A stretch of DNA of 64,000 nt. It comes from an uncultured cyanobacterium (GTDB lineage: Bacteria > Cyanobacteriota > Cyanobacteriia > CAKZMO01). Location: NCBI GenBank assembly GCA_963719515.1, contig CAVRCJ010000007.1:96001-160000 (forward strand). Direction: 5' to 3'. The position numbers and the translations under genes are program-made. Within the stretch, counting starts at the first letter, position 1; every line of letters starts with the position of its first letter. The notes below the pieces were generated by a model. That model made no database searches. It was not told the DNA's origin and saw only the letters and a list, made by a program, of their open reading frames with translations. Of this stretch, positions 61,890-64,000 are shown piece after piece.

Positions 61890-64000
61890 TTACAAAACCT
61901 GCCAGCGGCTGCGAGCCTGAGATCCGTCCCCACGGCGGGCCATGCCCAAAATAAAGTCACTCGTTCCCACGAACAGGGTATACATGATTTCAACCGCAAA
62001 ATCTTCTTCACCAACGGGGGCAGAAGATATCCGGCGGGCTGCTGAGCTATCAAAAACCTCAAAGCGATATACCGGCCCCGAAAGCGCCGTCGTCGTGCTG
62101 TCCTGGGCCTCCTGCAGCGCCGCATCGGTGAACTCCACCTGCTGAAACGAGAGGATGCGCAGCTCGTCTTTTGGTGGCTGATTCCTCCCGCCCCTCTCAA
62201 ACAGGCGGTACACCCGCAGCGTTGCCAAAATTCGGCCCGTATACTCTCGGAGGTTAATCTGCCGGGTCTCAGCAATAGAAAACTTTCCTTCTAGGGCGTT
62301 AAGCGTGTAGTCCGCATGCTCGTAGGTCGGGTAGCGCACGGTTGTGCTACGGCTGTTTTGGGCGACGATGCGGGGCCCTTGAAGGCCATCCCAAGAGACG
62401 CTGCCGGGGGCCGCACCGTTCTCCTCGTCAGTGAGGGGGCAAACCGTGCCGCTGGCAAAGTCTACCTGAAAGAAAGTGCGCTCGGTGTCGGGGGCCACCG
62501 CAGGCCAAAAGGTGCTCAGAGCGGCGCAGAGCTTAGCGTCTTCGGGGAAGGGGCTCCCCAGACCGTAGGACGAGAGATGGGTCCGGTTCCCAGGGCCGGG
62601 AATGCGATCGCCACTGGTGTCCCAACCGGGGGCAAACACCCCCGCAGCGGCATCGGGCAGCGCGGCGTGGCGCCGGGTTGTGGGGGCGTCGGGCTTGGGT
62701 CGGGTGGCGTCGATGGGCTGTAGGCAAGTCACGAGGGCGGTCACCGTGTCGTCATCGCCCAAAAAGCCAGAGTCTCTCAGCGTGATATTGGGGGCAGACC
62801 GCTCGTCCGAGAGCGGCACCGGCTGCGCCCGCCAGAAGTCCCAGTAGCCCTCCTGTATCAGCTGCTGCAGCCAGGAGGGCTGAGCAGCCCGGCGGTCCCG
62901 AACTAGCTGCCACCACTCAAACACCTCTCGCTGATCGACCGCCGGAAAAAAGTCGGGGGCAGCCACTAAAGAGTAAGCGGGAACGGCGGCCACCTCATCT
63001 AAACCCGCTACAGCAGCGGTAACCCGTCCATCAGCGGTGAAGTCTAGGATATTCAGCGCTTGATAGCGGCCCGCTTCCGCCTTCGCTGCCGCGTCGGGGC
63101 GATCGCCGAAATAGACCACGTTCTCGCCTTGAACCTCAAACCGGACGTGGGCATACTCCGGCCAAGGGCGGACTGGAGGGGGAGGGGCATCGAGAGATAG
63201 GGTGGGGGAGAAGGCCTTGCTAAAGCCGCGCCGATCCATCGTGGGGGCCGGAAACGTCAGCGGCTTGTTGTTGAAGGTCGCCCGCGCAGCTAAAGGCTGA
63301 GGCTGGGGACTGAGAAGACCGGCTCCCCCTTGAAAGGCTCCCAACCAGTTGGCGAGGCCCTGATCGTTGATAAAGGGGGCCTGCTGGCGCTCCGCAGCGC
63401 TAAACCCAGAGGAGAGGTTTAAGTTTTCCAGGTGCTGGTGCAGGCGCTCTAGCTTTTTGTTTTGATGGTGGGCTGAGAGAGAAATTTGCAGCGTTTTGCC
63501 CCGCAGGCATTCGTCGCCGTCGAAGAGCTTGTGTACCGGTACCCAAAAGTTACGGTTGTTGTCTCCCGTCTGCCCTCGCGCTGGGCCAAAGCGGCTGTCG
63601 TTGCGGCGCGATCGCACGGCGAGCCAAGTCGTGTATGGACAGGGCAAGACGCGAATGGTGTGCACGCTGTCTCCATCTTGGAAAGGTCGATAGCCGCGCA
63701 AAAGACCGTCGTAGGCCGCCCGCGCTGTCCCCACCCGAGACACGCCCGTGCGCGAGTGGCAGAAATCGGCATGGCGCTGGTGGGGGGTCTCGGGGGCGGG
63801 GCGGTACTCTGAAGCGAAGACCGCCACCACCATCTCTACCGCATCAGGCCCGATGTCTAAGAGGTTAGCGGCGTGCTGGCGCACCTCTGTGAGGCTGCGG
63901 TTGGCTTTGGCATAGATATAGTTGGCGATCGCATCGAGCTCTTCTAGGGTAGGGAAGTCGGTGAGCGGCTGGCTCAGTGCCCCTATTTGGGTGTCTTCTT
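61890..64000 (-). CDS. Large hypothetical protein, 5'-truncated by the window edge (>700 aa)
   Basis: The frame stays open upstream of GTG 63884 to the window end (EDTQIGALSQPLTDFPTLEELDAIANYIY...). I recognised no domain. Confidence 0.8.
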   Translation of the reverse strand, partial: EDTQIGALSQPLTDFPTLEELDAIANYIYAKANRSLTEVRQHAANLLDIGPDAVEMVVAVFASEYRPAPETPHQRHADFCHSRTGVSRVGTARAAYDGLLRGYRPFQDGDSVHTIRVLPCPYTTWLAVRSRRNDSRFGPARGQTGDNNRNFWVPVHKLFDGDECLRGKTLQISLSAHHQNKKLERLHQHLENLNLSSGFSAAERQQAPFINDQGLANWLGAFQGGAGLLSPQPQPLAARATFNNKPLTFPAPTMDRRGFSKAFSPTLSLDAPPPPVRPWPEYAHVRFEVQGENVVYFGDRPDAAAKAEAGRYQALNILDFTADGRVTAAVAGLDEVAAVPAYSLVAAPDFFPAVDQREVFEWWQLVRDRRAAQPSWLQQLIQEGYWDFWRAQPVPLSDERSAPNITLRDSGFLGDDDTVTALVTCLQPIDATRPKPDAPTTRRHAALPDAAAGVFAPGWDTSGDRIPGPGNRTHLSSYGLGSPFPEDAKLCAALSTFWPAVAPDTERTFFQVDFASGTVCPLTDEENGAAPGSVSWDGLQGPRIVAQNSRSTTVRYPTYEHADYTLNALEGKFSIAETRQINLREYTGRILATLRVYRLFERGGRNQPPKDELRILSFQQVEFTDAALQEAQDSTTTALSGPVYRFEVFDSSAARRISSAPVGEEDFAVEIMYTLFVGTSDFILGMARRGDGSQARSRWQVL

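Larger units (their letters stand above)
1..64000. repeat. HIP1 (GCGATCGC) highly iterated palindrome, dispersed across the window
   Basis: Dozens of copies in genes and spacers, e.g. 1003, 3903, 3922, 4025. Not counted exactly. Confidence 0.95.

Noticed and set aside
61474..61920. ORFs 61474-61920 (+) and 61554-61868 (-)
   Set aside because: They are translations of the palindromic repeat element and show no transposase motifs.

Overview
Chromosomal window from a cyanobacterium: the HIP1 octamer GCGATCGC is very frequent, and rpaA, hik2, btpA, zds, sigF, an ndhR-like LysR and dnaK3 are present. About 90% is conserved core gene content: rimO-crhR, ftsQ-ftsZ, tig-clpP-clpX, asd-dapA-rnj, dnaK3-dnaJ, prfB (with its programmed +1 frameshift), ybeY-dgkA-trpG and pepP. 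I saw no rRNA, tRNA, CRISPR array, transposase or phage genes. Five things are unusual. (1) cobN is split by a +1 frameshift whose context (AGG GGG ACC TGA C) resembles the prfB shift site. (2) A divergent CikA-like kinase appears to lack the GAF domain and is also broken by a +1 frameshift. (3) A ~416-bp element of 4-5 nested inverted-repeat layers, bounded by GTAG...CTAC REP-like ends, lies at 61469-61884. (4) A large uncharacterised protein runs off the right edge. (5) There is a ThyX without the RHR motif and several short tandem duplications in leaders. I cannot demonstrate a complete novel multi-gene system from this window. All gene calls come from recognising motifs by eye, not from database searches.
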